A stretch of 38,618 nt of DNA, from UHGV virus genome UHGV-0392077; one strand, 5' to 3'. The position numbers were made by a program, and so were the translations under genes. The stretch is from a virus. The notes under the pieces were generated by a model. The model was not told where the DNA came from and ran no database searches. It was given only the letters and a program-made list of their open reading frames with translations. Positions 15,434-25,152 of this stretch are shown one piece after another; within the stretch, counting starts at the first letter, position 1; every line of letters begins with the position of its first letter.

Positions 15434-15808
15434 TTATTGCTCGCTTAACTTCTGCTTCAGCAAGTAACCTTCAAGTATCCAGATTTTGTTTACAGCATTC
15501 TGCCGGGCAATCTTCCGACCAATTTCCGCATCAAAGTTTTCCGGGCTTGCACAGGCGCTCTCTCCGGTGACGGTGAAGCCATTCTTCAGTACCAATACGC
15601 AGAAAGTGAGAAGGTGCAGAGCATCAGGGGTGGCTTCAACATAAGGCTCCGGATTATAAATAAGGTCATCTTCTTTAGCCTGGTGGTCACCCTGCGCAGC
15701 AGTGAAAAAATGCTCACTGCAAATGAGGCCTTCAATTTTCTCAGGTGTTACACGCGGTGCCGTTTTGCCTTTCTCAACGATTTCTTTTTCGATTTGCTGG
15801 TCGTTCAT
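15434..15808 (-). CDS. hypothetical protein (124 aa), moron gene antisense to the late operon
   Basis: ATG 15808 preceded by AAGGTGAG; transcribed opposite to the flanking terminase and portal genes and bracketed by hairpins. No confidently recognised motif. Confidence 0.55.
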   Translation of the reverse strand: MNDQQIEKEIVEKGKTAPRVTPEKIEGLICSEHFFTAAQGDHQAKEDDLIYNPEPYVEATPDALHLLTFCVLVLKNGFTVTGESACASPENFDAEIGRKIARQNAVNKIWILEGYLLKQKLSEQ

Positions 15809-15819
15809 AATCTCACCTT

Positions 15820-15843
15820 AAAAAAATGCCCGGCGAACCGGGC
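15820..15843 (-). terminator. hairpin plus T-run immediately upstream of the moron gene (possible attenuator)
   Basis: Minus strand GCCCGG-TTCG-CCGGGC followed by ATTTTTTT, only about 12 nt before the gene's ATG. Confidence 0.35.
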
Positions 15844-15919
15844 GAACTGGAAGCAATGAGTTATGCCTTCCGTGGCTGTACTGGTTTACAGCATGAAGTC
15901 ATCGCAATGGCGTCCTGCT

Positions 15920-15963
15920 GTAAAAAGGGCGGTGATAGTCCTTCAAGGGAAACCATCACCGCC
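15920..15963 (-). terminator. candidate terminator downstream of the tRNA
   Basis: 9-bp stem GGCGGTGAT/ATCACCGCC with an 18-nt loop, followed on the minus strand by CTTTTTA. The loop is large, so confidence is low. Confidence 0.3.
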
Positions 15964-16006
15964 AAGCACCTGGAACTTCTGGCATCACGGTCCTTAGGCG
16001 TGATTC

Positions 16007-16083
16007 TGGCGTGGCATGCAGGATTCGAACCTGCGACCAACCGCTTAGAAGGCGGTTGCTCTGTCCAGCTGAGCTAATGCCAC
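16007..16083 (-). tRNA. tRNA-Arg(UCU): tRNA-Arg (anticodon UCU), argU-like, CCA encoded
   Basis: Minus strand folds by hand into a cloverleaf: acceptor GTGGCAT/ATGCCAC, D-arm GCTC...GAGC, anticodon stem ACCGC/GCGGT with loop CTTCTAA (anticodon TCT), T-arm GCAGG-TTCGAAT-CCTGC, discriminator G plus CCA. Resembles E. coli argU as recalled. Confidence 0.8.
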
Positions 16084-16405
16084 AACGCTGAGAGCACTTA
16101 GCCTGTTAAGGCACCACACTTTGTCGCGGCTCCATAAATGCTCTCATCGTTGTACCCTCGTCTCTTCCGAGGTGTCACACCGAATCGCCGGGATGGTGAA
16201 TCCCCGTGCGCGGAATAAAACCGCTCGACTTGCACATTCCGGCTACCTGGTTCGTTTGCCCGAGCAAGGGAGGGTGCCCCTTAAACGTATCCAGACCGCT
16301 ATCGGCGCATGTGCCATACGCCGTACTGCTCAAAATAAAAGCTCACTCCACCTGTTCAATTTAACGACAAGCCAGTCAGGTTAGTAACCGGAATGAACTC
16401 TTTGG

Positions 16406-16420
16406 TTACCTGAAAGGTAA
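16406..16420. promoter_or_regulatory. operator-like palindrome TTACC-tgaaa-GGTAA
   Basis: In the non-coding region upstream of the portal operon; the flanking GGTAATAATTTG is repeated again at about 16478. Confidence 0.5.
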
Positions 16421-16510
16421 TAATTTGTGCGTTAAATGTCAACTATCTAAAATAAATAAATCATATGTGGTTAAATTGGTAATAATTTGATTGCGTACGG
16501 AGTCATTGAT

Positions 16511-16717
16511 ATGTGCATGGGTAGCTCACCATCAGTGCCTGCAACACCAGAAGTTCAGGCAGCACCACAGGAGCAGGATGCCGCCGTTGTTGATGCCCGC
16601 GATGAAGAAACTCGTCGCCGTCGCGCTGCTGCTGGTCGTAGTTCTACGCTGCTTACCGGTTCTCAGGGCGACACATCAACCGCTAATACCAGCGGTAAAA
16701 CGCTGCTTGGTCAGTAA
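16511..16717 (+). CDS. small hypothetical protein (68 aa), Ala/Gln/Thr-rich
   Basis: ATG 16511 preceded by CGGAGTCATTGA, the same 12-mer that precedes the portal ATG; low-complexity sequence, so coding status is uncertain. Confidence 0.3.
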   Translation: MCMGSSPSVPATPEVQAAPQEQDAAVVDARDEETRRRRAAAGRSSTLLTGSQGDTSTANTSGKTLLGQ

Positions 16718-16731
16718 CCGGAGTCATTGAA

Positions 16732-18411
16732 ATGGCGGAAACAACTAAAGAGCGATTGAACAAACAGTTCGCACAACTTGAAAGCGAGCGTCAGTCGTTC
16801 GAGCCGCACTGGCGCGAGTTGAGTGATTACATCAACCCACGTGGTTCCCGCTTTCTGACTTCTGAGGTCAACCGTAACGATCGACGCAATACACGCATTA
16901 TTGATTCGACCGGGACTATGGCGGCGCGCACTCTCGCCAGCGGCATGATGTCAGGCATCACAAGCCCCGCGCGTCCGTGGTTTCGCCTGGCTACGCCAGA
17001 TCCTGAAATGATGGATTATGGCCCTGTTAAGTTGTGGCTTGAGGCGGTGCAGAACCGCATGAACGATATGTTCAATAAGTCGAATCTCTATCAGTCGCTG
17101 CCGCAGTTATACGGAAGCCTCGGCACATACAGCACTGGTGCAATGGCGGTACTGGAGGATGACGATGACATCATTCGCACAATGCCATTCCCGATAGGCA
17201 GTTACTACCTGGCTAACTCACCTCGTGGCAGTGTGGACACCTGTTTTCGCAAGTTCTCTATGACTGTTCGTCAGCTTGTTCAGGAGTTCGGGCTAAATAA
17301 CGTCAGCGAATCCGTAAAAAGCATGTGGGAAAGCGGCACCTACGAGAAGTGGATTGAAGTGATGCATTCGGTTTACCCGAACATTGACCGCGATACATCG
17401 AAGCTGGATAGCAAGAACAAGCCATTCAAATCGGTTTATTACGAGGTTGGTGGCGATAACGACAAGTTGTTGCGTGAGTCCGGATTCGATGAGTTTCCAA
17501 TTATGGCTCCGCGCTGGGAAGTTAACGGCGAAGATGTTTATGGATCATCATGCCCGGGTATGCTGGCGCTTGGACCTGTTAAGGCATTGCAGCTTCTCCA
17601 GAAGCGCAAGTCGCAGTTGATTGATAAAGCCACCAATCCGCCGATGGTTGCTCCGACTTCCCTCAAGAATCAGCGCGCCTCCCTTCTTCCTGGCGACATC
17701 ACGTATATCGATCAGATTACTGGTCAGGATGGCTTCAGGCCTGCTTATCTGGTTAACCCCAGTACAGCAGATTTGGTGGCAGACATTCAGGACACTCGTC
17801 AAATCATTAACAGCGCCTACTTTGTCGATCTGTTCATGATGTTGCAGAACATCAATACCCGCTCGATGCCTGTTGAAGCAGTGATCGAAATGAAAGAAGA
17901 AAAACTTCTGATGTTGGGGCCGGTTCTGGAGCGTCTGAACGACGAATGTCTTAATCCTCTCATTGACCGCGCTTTCTCGATGATGGTGCGTAAAAACATG
18001 CTGCCGCCACCGCCTGACGCGATGGAAGGTATGCCCCTGAAGGTCGAATACATTTCCGTCATGGCTCAGGCGCAGAAGTCTATCGGCCTGTCCAGTCTGG
18101 CGTCTACGGTCAACTTCATTGGTCAACTTGCGCAAGCGAAACCAGAAGCTCTCGACAAACTCAACGTTGATCAGGCGATCGATGCATTCGCTGATATGTC
18201 CGGAGTGTCTCCAACCGTCATTGTTCCGCAGGAACAGGTTGAGCAGGCTCGCCAGCAACGGGCACAGCAACAACAGCAGCAACAAATGATGGCGATGGGG
18301 ATGGCGGCGGCACAGGGTGCCAAGACGCTAAGCGAAGCTAAAACTTCGGATCCGAGTGTTTTGTCAGCTATGGCGAATGCAGTTAGTGGTCAGGGTGGGC
18401 AATCACAATGA
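16732..18411 (+). CDS. portal protein
   Basis: 559 aa directly downstream of the terminase module; N-terminus ...FEPHWRELSDYINPRGSRF...PARPWFRL; the C-terminus is Gln/Ala-rich. Size and position typical of podovirus portal proteins. Confidence 0.8.
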   Translation: MAETTKERLNKQFAQLESERQSFEPHWRELSDYINPRGSRFLTSEVNRNDRRNTRIIDSTGTMAARTLASGMMSGITSPARPWFRLATPDPEMMDYGPVKLWLEAVQNRMNDMFNKSNLYQSLPQLYGSLGTYSTGAMAVLEDDDDIIRTMPFPIGSYYLANSPRGSVDTCFRKFSMTVRQLVQEFGLNNVSESVKSMWESGTYEKWIEVMHSVYPNIDRDTSKLDSKNKPFKSVYYEVGGDNDKLLRESGFDEFPIMAPRWEVNGEDVYGSSCPGMLALGPVKALQLLQKRKSQLIDKATNPPMVAPTSLKNQRASLLPGDITYIDQITGQDGFRPAYLVNPSTADLVADIQDTRQIINSAYFVDLFMMLQNINTRSMPVEAVIEMKEEKLLMLGPVLERLNDECLNPLIDRAFSMMVRKNMLPPPPDAMEGMPLKVEYISVMAQAQKSIGLSSLASTVNFIGQLAQAKPEALDKLNVDQAIDAFADMSGVSPTVIVPQEQVEQARQQRAQQQQQQQMMAMGMAAAQGAKTLSEAKTSDPSVLSAMANAVSGQGGQSQ

Positions 18412-18704
18412 CAGATTACGAAGACGATCAACTGAAAGAAGAAAACGCCCGTAAGCAACGTGACATGGCGCAGCGTGAAATTGATGACATTCGCTTTGTC
18501 ATGAGCAGTGAACAGGGGCGTCGCGTTGTCTGGTCGGTGCTGGAGAAAGGCCGTGTGTTTTCCGCTATCTCACCGATGGACGCTATGGCAATGGCATTTA
18601 ATGAGGGGCAACGCAATCTGGCGCTGGAACTGTTTCAGCGCGTTATGGCGCATTGCCCTGAACAGTATTTGAAGATGGCCAAAGAGGCCAGTGAACAGGA
18701 GTGA
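18408..18704 (+). CDS. hypothetical head-assembly protein
   Basis: ATG 18408 overlaps the portal stop (ATGA); 98 aa, charged. Confidence 0.45.
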   Translation: MTDYEDDQLKEENARKQRDMAQREIDDIRFVMSSEQGRRVVWSVLEKGRVFSAISPMDAMAMAFNEGQRNLALELFQRVMAHCPEQYLKMAKEASEQE

Positions 18705-18706
18705 TC

Positions 18707-19402
18707 ATGAATTTATTTGAGCGTTTGCTGTATCGCCGTCTTTGCAATGAGCAACCAGTCGATGGTGGAACAGCTCCGGCTGCGTCAGAACCGTCAGCGC
18801 CTGCAGGTGATAACCCTGCTCCAGTTGGTGATCCATCACAACAGGAAGGTGATAAGCCACAACCTGTTGCTGATGGCGATAAACCTGCTGATGACAAAAA
18901 GCCTGAAAACGATAAGCAGGATGAAAAAAAGGACGGCGATAAACCAGAGGGTGCGCCTGAGAAGTACGAGTTTCAGGCTGCCGAAGGCGTAGAGCTGGAT
19001 ACAGAAGCGTTGAAGGAATTCGAGCCGGTGGCGCGAGAACTTAACCTGACCAACGAGCAAGCGCAAAAGTTGGTTGATGCTTATCCGAAGATTCTGGCAG
19101 GTGTTCAGCAGCGCCAGGCAGAAGCCTGGCAGAAAACAACCGAGCAGTGGGCTGCGGATGTAAAAGCTGACAAAGAAATCGGTGGCGACAAGTTGATTTC
19201 TAACCTTAGCACCGCACAGCGTGCGCTTGACCAGTTCGGAACACCTGAACTCAAAGAATATCTGAACACCACCGGGATGGGTAATCACCCTGATCTGGTC
19301 AAAACGTTCGTGAAAATCGGAAAGGCGATGTCTGAAGATGGCATGGTCACCGGTGATAATGAAGGCCAGCGTAGTGCGGCCGAAGTGCTCTATGGCAAAT
19401 AA
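18707..19402 (+). CDS. scaffolding protein (putative)
   Basis: ATG 18707, 6 nt after AGGAG; highly acidic, Pro/Asp/Lys-rich low-complexity N-terminus and helical C-terminus; sits between portal and capsid genes. Confidence 0.55.
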   Translation: MNLFERLLYRRLCNEQPVDGGTAPAASEPSAPAGDNPAPVGDPSQQEGDKPQPVADGDKPADDKKPENDKQDEKKDGDKPEGAPEKYEFQAAEGVELDTEALKEFEPVARELNLTNEQAQKLVDAYPKILAGVQQRQAEAWQKTTEQWAADVKADKEIGGDKLISNLSTAQRALDQFGTPELKEYLNTTGMGNHPDLVKTFVKIGKAMSEDGMVTGDNEGQRSAAEVLYGK

Positions 19403-19416
19403 GAGAGGAAATGACA

Positions 19417-20403
19417 ATGGCTGTTAAAGGCTTAACTGCGCTAACGCTGGCTGACTGGGGTAAGCGCGTCGATCCAAACGGGAAAGTCGATAAGATTATC
19501 GAGCTTCTCGGTCAAACTAACCCGATCCTTCAGGATATGCCTTTTGTCGAAGGGAACCTTCCTACCGGACACCGAACCACCATTCGTTCTGGTTTACCTT
19601 CAGCTACCTGGCGTTTGCTGAACTATGGCGTACAGCCAAGCAAATCAACCACAGTGCAGGTAACCGATTCCGTTGGCATGCTGGAAACCTATGCTGAAGT
19701 AGATAAGTCACTGGCTGATCTGAACGGTAATACCGCCGAATTCCGCCTGTCTGAAGACCGCGCATTTATTGAAGCGATGAATCAGCAGATGGCGCAGACG
19801 CTGTTTTATGGTGATTCCAGCGTTAACCCTCAGCAGTTTATGGGACTGTCCTCCCGCTATTCCAGCCTGTCTGCGGGTAATGCTCAGAACATCATTGATG
19901 CTGGTGGCACGGGTACAGATAACACCTCAATCTGGTTAGTGGTGTGGGGCGAAAACACCGTGCATGGCATCTTCCCGAAAGGGCAGAAGGCTGGCATCCA
20001 GATGGAAGATAAAGGCCAGGTGACACTGGAAGATGCTAATGGCGGCAAGTACGAAGGCTATCGCACCCATTACAAATGGGATAACGGACTTGCTCTGCGT
20101 GACTGGCGTTATGTTGTTCGCATTGCAAACATCCATGTCAGCAATCTTTCAGAACCTTCCTCTGCCGCAAATATTGCGAAGTTGATGGTTAAAGCACTGC
20201 ATCGCATTCCAAACCGTGGCATGGGCCGCCCGGTGTTCTACATGAACCGCACTGTAGGCCAGGCTCTTGATCTGCAGTCTCTGGAGAAAACATCTCTGGC
20301 GATTAGCGTAAAAGAGACTGAAGGCGAGTGGTGGACGTCATTCCGTGGTGTACCAATCCGTGAAACTGATGCGCTTCTGGAAACAGAAGCCCGCGTGGTG
20401 TAA
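19417..20403 (+). CDS. major capsid protein
   Basis: About 328 aa following the scaffold gene; ATG 19417 has better SD spacing than ATG 19411. The call rests on position and size. Confidence 0.65.
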   Translation: MAVKGLTALTLADWGKRVDPNGKVDKIIELLGQTNPILQDMPFVEGNLPTGHRTTIRSGLPSATWRLLNYGVQPSKSTTVQVTDSVGMLETYAEVDKSLADLNGNTAEFRLSEDRAFIEAMNQQMAQTLFYGDSSVNPQQFMGLSSRYSSLSAGNAQNIIDAGGTGTDNTSIWLVVWGENTVHGIFPKGQKAGIQMEDKGQVTLEDANGGKYEGYRTHYKWDNGLALRDWRYVVRIANIHVSNLSEPSSAANIAKLMVKALHRIPNRGMGRPVFYMNRTVGQALDLQSLEKTSLAISVKETEGEWWTSFRGVPIRETDALLETEARVV

Positions 20404-20454
20404 CGCCTGTTATTAACCTGTGGGTCGTAACAGACCCACTAATGGAGAAAGAAG

Positions 20455-20892
20455 ATGATCACCGACAAACTGTTGATGTTCTCCGAAGCACAGGCGGTAA
20501 CTGATACCGCGGCTTCTACTGACGTAATCGATCTCGGTCCAATTGATGGGATCCGTCGCGATATCGGCGTGGGTTATCCGCTTGAGTTTTGGGCGCTGGT
20601 TAACGAAGCCGCCACGGCAAGTGGTGAGGCAACTGTAAACATCCAGTTGCAGACGAGTGAGAATAACAGCTCATGGTCCACTATTTATGATAGTGGCGCA
20701 CTGGCAAAGGCCACCCTGACAGCAGGTAAGCGAGTTGTTTCTGCAAAGGTGCCAGCCGGTGTTCAGCGATATCTGCGTGTTAACTACTCCGTCGCAACTG
20801 GCCCACTAACGGCTGGCAAATTCACTGCTGGTATCAATCTTGATGTTGATGCCAATACGCCGTATCCGATCCGCTCAAAAGTAACTGGTTAA
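20455..20892 (+). CDS. virion structural protein (possible capsid decoration protein)
   Basis: 145 aa, immediately after the capsid gene with GGAGAAAG upstream. Confidence 0.45.
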   Translation: MITDKLLMFSEAQAVTDTAASTDVIDLGPIDGIRRDIGVGYPLEFWALVNEAATASGEATVNIQLQTSENNSSWSTIYDSGALAKATLTAGKRVVSAKVPAGVQRYLRVNYSVATGPLTAGKFTAGINLDVDANTPYPIRSKVTG

Positions 20893-20902
20893 GGTGATAT
20901 TG

Positions 20903-21238
20903 ATGTCAGGTGAGAAACCAAGATACCGCGTTCTGCGCCTCTCTCATATCCATAACACTCTGTGGCCGGAGGGGGCAGAAATCGAATACGAAGGTGAGCC
21001 TGGTAGCGCACTGGAACCTGTTAACGATGCAGCCAGACAGGCAAAAGCAAAAGTTGCAGGAAAGGTGTCAATGGCAGCAACCAGCACCAAAATCATCAAC
21101 GATGTGTCAGATGATGGTGAACTGGATAAGCTCCGTGAAGAGTACGAATTGCTCTTTAACGAGAAGCCACACCATAACGCCAAAGCCGAAACGCTCCGCG
21201 AGAAGATCGCAGATAAGCGTAAAGAACTGGGCGTGTAA
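20903..21238 (+). CDS. hypothetical virion protein
   Basis: ATG 20903 with AAGG 8 nt upstream; followed by a terminator. Confidence 0.45.
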   Translation: MSGEKPRYRVLRLSHIHNTLWPEGAEIEYEGEPGSALEPVNDAARQAKAKVAGKVSMAATSTKIINDVSDDGELDKLREEYELLFNEKPHHNAKAETLREKIADKRKELGV

Positions 21239-21255
21239 GCCTCGCGAATCAGACA

Positions 21256-21277
21256 AGGGGCTTCGGCCCCTTTATTG
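21256..21277 (+). terminator. rho-independent terminator (likely partial) within the structural operon
   Basis: AGGGGC-TTCG-GCCCCT followed by TTATT. Confidence 0.5.
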
Positions 21278-21288
21278 CAGGAGTGTAT

Positions 21289-21612
21289 ATGGAACTCGTA
21301 AACCTCAAAACCGGCACTGACAGCTACCAGGATGAGAGCGGAGAAACCAGAACTCGCGATGAATACCCGTGGGGGCTGTGCATCACTCTTAATAACGACA
21401 CATTGAATAAGCTGAAGGCGCAACCTCAGGGCGTCGGAACAGAAGTGATGATAACTGCAAAGGCTGTTATTCGAGGCCTGTCTGCCAGAGAAACTGACGA
21501 TGGTGTTAATCGCAGCGCCGATCTGCAGATCACTGATATGGCAATCGCTCCTGTTTCCGGTGATGTAGAAAAATCAGCGGCTGAAACCCTGTACGGCAAT
21601 GGGGGTGAGTAA
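21289..21612 (+). CDS. hypothetical virion protein
   Basis: ATG 21289, 5 nt after AGGAG. Confidence 0.45.
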   Translation: MELVNLKTGTDSYQDESGETRTRDEYPWGLCITLNNDTLNKLKAQPQGVGTEVMITAKAVIRGLSARETDDGVNRSADLQITDMAIAPVSGDVEKSAAETLYGNGGE

Positions 21613-22217
21613 TGGCCTCTGTAGTAGAGATCTGCAATCGTGCGCTGTCCAATATTGGCAATAGCCGCAGCATTAACAGCCTGACGGAAGCCAGCAAGGA
21701 AGCGGGGGAATGTTCGCTGCACTTTGAGGCCTGCCGTGATGCTGTGCTTTCTGATTTTGACTGGAACTTTGCTACCAAACGCGTGGCGCTTGCAGATACG
21801 AGCAATCCACCGCCTGACTGGGAATATGCGTACCAGTACCCGTCCGATTGTCTGCGCATTACTGAAATTATGCTTCCTGGTGTACGCAATCCAACAGCAG
21901 CAATGCGCGTTCAGTACGAAGTTGGTGCAGACACCGACGGAACAGGAAAGTTGATCTACACAGACCAGCCGCAGGCATGGCTCAAGTATGTCTCTCGCGT
22001 TTCAGATGTGAACATGTTTGATGCCATTTTTATGGAGGCGTTGGCCTGGCGTCTTGCGGCAGCTATTAACATGGCGCTGACTGGGAATGCAGACCTCGGT
22101 ACGTTTGCCCTCAATATGTACAATCGCGTGATTCTTAGTGCTGGCTCGCATAGCCAGAATGAATCACAGGAACCACAGCCACCGGTTGACGAGTTTACCA
22201 TTGCGAGGTTGTCCTGA
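21612..22217 (+). CDS. tail structural protein (putative adaptor/tubular protein)
   Basis: 201 aa; ATG overlaps the upstream stop; precedes the 823-aa tail protein. Confidence 0.45.
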   Translation: MASVVEICNRALSNIGNSRSINSLTEASKEAGECSLHFEACRDAVLSDFDWNFATKRVALADTSNPPPDWEYAYQYPSDCLRITEIMLPGVRNPTAAMRVQYEVGADTDGTGKLIYTDQPQAWLKYVSRVSDVNMFDAIFMEALAWRLAAAINMALTGNADLGTFALNMYNRVILSAGSHSQNESQEPQPPVDEFTIARLS

Positions 22218-24688
22218 TGGCTATCAGTTGGATCCAGCCCAGCTTTGCCGGTGGTGAGATTGGACCGTCGTTGTACGGTCGTATCGACATGGCGAAGTAC
22301 CAGGTGGCATTGCGCAAGTGCGATAACTTTATCGTGCGGCAGTATGGCGGTGTTGAGAATCGACCGGGTACGCGTTTTGTCGGTGCTGCCAAATACCCAA
22401 ATCGGAAATGCCGCCTGATCCCGTTCCAGTTCTCGACGGTTCAGACCTATGCTCTGGAGTTCGGACACCAGTACATGCGCGTTATCAAAGATGGTGCGTT
22501 GGTGCTGAACAGCAGCAATGTTATTTATGAAATTGCCACACCATATACTGAAGCCGATCTGTTCCAAATTAAATTCACGCAAAGCGCCGACGTGCTTACG
22601 CTGGTTCACCCGGCATACCCGCCGAAAGAGTTGCGTCGCTATGCGCATGACAACTGGCAACTGATTGATGTGGTAACGAAGAACGGGCCATTTGAAGATA
22701 TCAATATTGACGAGTCAGTGACGGTTTATGCCAGCGCCAGCACCGGGACAATTACGTTAACGGCAAGCGCCTCTATTTTTGGCGCGGAGCAGGTAGGCAA
22801 ATTGTTCTATCTGGAACAGCCTGCAGTGGATTCTGTGCCGGTATGGGAAACCAGTAAGAGTACGTCGATTGGCGATATTCGCCGTGCAGACAGTAACTAC
22901 TATCGCGCCGTTACAGCAGGCAAAACAGGCACTTTGCGCCCTTCGCATACAGAAGGCACATCATGGGATGGCTGGGGCGGATCCGGTGATGATGATACTG
23001 GCATTGAGTGGGAGTATCTGCACAGTGGTTTTGGCATTGCCCGTATAACTGCTGTAAATGGCACTACTGCAACTGCTGAGGTGATTTCCTATATCCCTTC
23101 GCAGGTCGTTGGCGAGGATAATGCCAGCTATAAATGGGCTAAATATGCCTGGAACAGTGTTAATGGTTATCCTGGCACTGTTGTTTATTATCAACAACGT
23201 CTTTACTTCGCCGCATCGACTGCGTTCCCTCAGACTATCTGGGCCAGCCGTACTGGGGATTATAAGGATTTTGGCAAAAGCAATCCTACGCAGGATGACG
23301 ACAGAATTATCTACACCTATGCCGGGCGTCAGGTTAATGAGATCCGCCACCTGATTGATGTTGGTTCGCTGGTGGCGCTGACTTCCGGAGGTGAGTACGT
23401 CATCACCGGCGACCAGAACAAAGTGTTAACCCCATCATCATTTGCATTCAGCTCTCAGGGATCAAATGGCTCAAGCAACGTCCCACCAATTGCCGTAGCG
23501 AATATTGCTCTGTTCGTCCAGGAGAAAGGCAGTGTTGTCCGTGATCTGGCCTACTCATTCGATGTTGACGGCTATCAGGGGAACGACCTGACCATCCTTG
23601 CCAATCATCTTTTTCAGAAGCACAGCATTGTTGACTGGTGCTTCTCTATTGTCCCTTACTCCAGCGCCTTCTGCATTCGTGATGACGGTAAATTACTGGT
23701 GATGACCTATTTGCGTGATCAGCAGGTTTTTGCATGGGCACCACAATCCAGTACCGGAAAATATGAAAGCACATGCAGTATCAGCGAAGGCAATGAAGAT
23801 GCGGTGTATTTCGTCGTTAACCGAACCGTTAACGGGCAAACAGTGAGATACATCGAGCGGCTGTCCAGCCGTTTATTTACCAGCGATGAAGATGCTTTCT
23901 TTGTTGATTCTGGCCTTAGCTATGATGGAAGAAATACGTCTGACAGAACGATGACCATCACTGGTGGTTCTGGTGAATGGGATTACCGTGCGGAATATAC
24001 AATCAGTGTTTCTGGTGGTGCGTACTTCACCAGTAGTGATGTCGGCGCGCAACTACAGTTCCCTTATACCGGAACTGATCCTGATACTGGCGATGAAGTG
24101 TCAAAAGAATTACGTTGCGACATTATTTCTGTAACCAGCAATACCGCTGTAGTGGTTCGTGCTAACAGGAACGTACCGCCATCCCTCAGGAATGCGGCCA
24201 CCACGAACTGGCAGATGGCGCGCCGGACATTTGGAGGCCTGTCTCATCTTGAAGGCCAGACCGTAAACATTCTCTCTGATGCGAACGTGGAACCACAGAA
24301 AGTAGTTTCCGGAGGTGCCGTCACGCTGGAATCTCCGGGGGCTGTAGTGCACATCGGCCTGCCAATAACTGCTGAATTCGAAACACTGGATATCAACATT
24401 AACGGACAGGAAACGCTGCTGGACAAAAAACAGGTGATCCCCTCCGTTACTCTGGTTGTGAATGCCAGTCGCGGCATCTGGGCGACTACGCCCGGCGGTA
24501 AATGGTACGAATATCCACAGCGTGAATTCGAGTTCTACGATGATCCTGTTGATGATGCTACCGGAAAAGTAGAAGTGAAACTGGACAGTAACTGGGGCAA
24601 AAACGGACGTGTAAGAATCCGTCAGCTTGACCCGTTGCCGCTGTCTGTTCTTGCCGTTATTCCTCGCCTTACTGTTGGGGGGTTCTGA
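22217..24688 (+). CDS. large tail structural protein (823 aa)
   Basis: Long ORF, translationally coupled to its upstream neighbour; the call is from position and size in a podovirus-type tail module. Confidence 0.5.
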   Translation: MAISWIQPSFAGGEIGPSLYGRIDMAKYQVALRKCDNFIVRQYGGVENRPGTRFVGAAKYPNRKCRLIPFQFSTVQTYALEFGHQYMRVIKDGALVLNSSNVIYEIATPYTEADLFQIKFTQSADVLTLVHPAYPPKELRRYAHDNWQLIDVVTKNGPFEDINIDESVTVYASASTGTITLTASASIFGAEQVGKLFYLEQPAVDSVPVWETSKSTSIGDIRRADSNYYRAVTAGKTGTLRPSHTEGTSWDGWGGSGDDDTGIEWEYLHSGFGIARITAVNGTTATAEVISYIPSQVVGEDNASYKWAKYAWNSVNGYPGTVVYYQQRLYFAASTAFPQTIWASRTGDYKDFGKSNPTQDDDRIIYTYAGRQVNEIRHLIDVGSLVALTSGGEYVITGDQNKVLTPSSFAFSSQGSNGSSNVPPIAVANIALFVQEKGSVVRDLAYSFDVDGYQGNDLTILANHLFQKHSIVDWCFSIVPYSSAFCIRDDGKLLVMTYLRDQQVFAWAPQSSTGKYESTCSISEGNEDAVYFVVNRTVNGQTVRYIERLSSRLFTSDEDAFFVDSGLSYDGRNTSDRTMTITGGSGEWDYRAEYTISVSGGAYFTSSDVGAQLQFPYTGTDPDTGDEVSKELRCDIISVTSNTAVVVRANRNVPPSLRNAATTNWQMARRTFGGLSHLEGQTVNILSDANVEPQKVVSGGAVTLESPGAVVHIGLPITAEFETLDININGQETLLDKKQVIPSVTLVVNASRGIWATTPGGKWYEYPQREFEFYDDPVDDATGKVEVKLDSNWGKNGRVRIRQLDPLPLSVLAVIPRLTVGGF

Positions 24689-25152
24689 TGATCGATGTTC
24701 GAATTATTCCCGCTACCGAAGAGCATCTTCAGATGATTTTGCCGGATGTTCGTCAGGCTGATATTGACGAACTGTATGCGGTATCGCTGATGACTACCGA
24801 AGATGCGCTGCGTGTTGGTCTGCGCACTGCGACTATGGCCTGGTCAGGGTTTGCGAACAGAGAACTGGTAACCATGTTTGGTGTATCACCGGCGTCAATG
24901 ATTGGTGGAAATGGTACGCCCTGGCTGGTCGGAACCAGCCATATTGAAAAATATCAGAAGACATTTCTTCGCCACTGCCGCCCTGTATTGCAGCAGATGC
25001 TGGCAGTTTATCCGCGCCTGGAAAACTACGTCGACGAGCGAAACCATGTTGCCAAAGCATGGCTGCACTGGCTTGGATTCAGGCTTGAAGAAGCCGCGCC
25101 TTATGGCGCTCTTGGTCTTAATTTCCACAGATTTCACATGGAGAGAAAATAA
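24688..25152 (+). CDS. hypothetical virion protein
   Basis: 154 aa, start overlaps the upstream stop. Confidence 0.4.
   Translation: MIDVRIIPATEEHLQMILPDVRQADIDELYAVSLMTTEDALRVGLRTATMAWSGFANRELVTMFGVSPASMIGGNGTPWLVGTSHIEKYQKTFLRHCRPVLQQMLAVYPRLENYVDERNHVAKAWLHWLGFRLEEAAPYGALGLNFHRFHMERK

Noticed and set aside
15826-16384. Plus-strand ORFs 15826..16077 and 16121..16384
   Set aside because: They overlap the tRNA-Arg gene and its flanking structured non-coding region, have no ribosome-binding sites and Arg/Cys-rich unusual composition; treated as non-coding.
17548-18285. Long antisense ORF (245 aa) inside the portal gene; similar antisense ORFs at 14101..14607, 18836..19417, 20944..21423, 21956..22660, 25893..26375 and 31047..31508
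   Set aside because: Shadow ORFs on the opposite strand of well-supported long structural genes, with skewed composition and no independent start signals.
20420-20445. Hairpin GTGGGTC-N6-GACCCAC between capsid and the next gene, considered as a terminator
   Set aside because: No T-run follows on either strand; more likely an RNA processing or stability element or coincidental, so not called a terminator.
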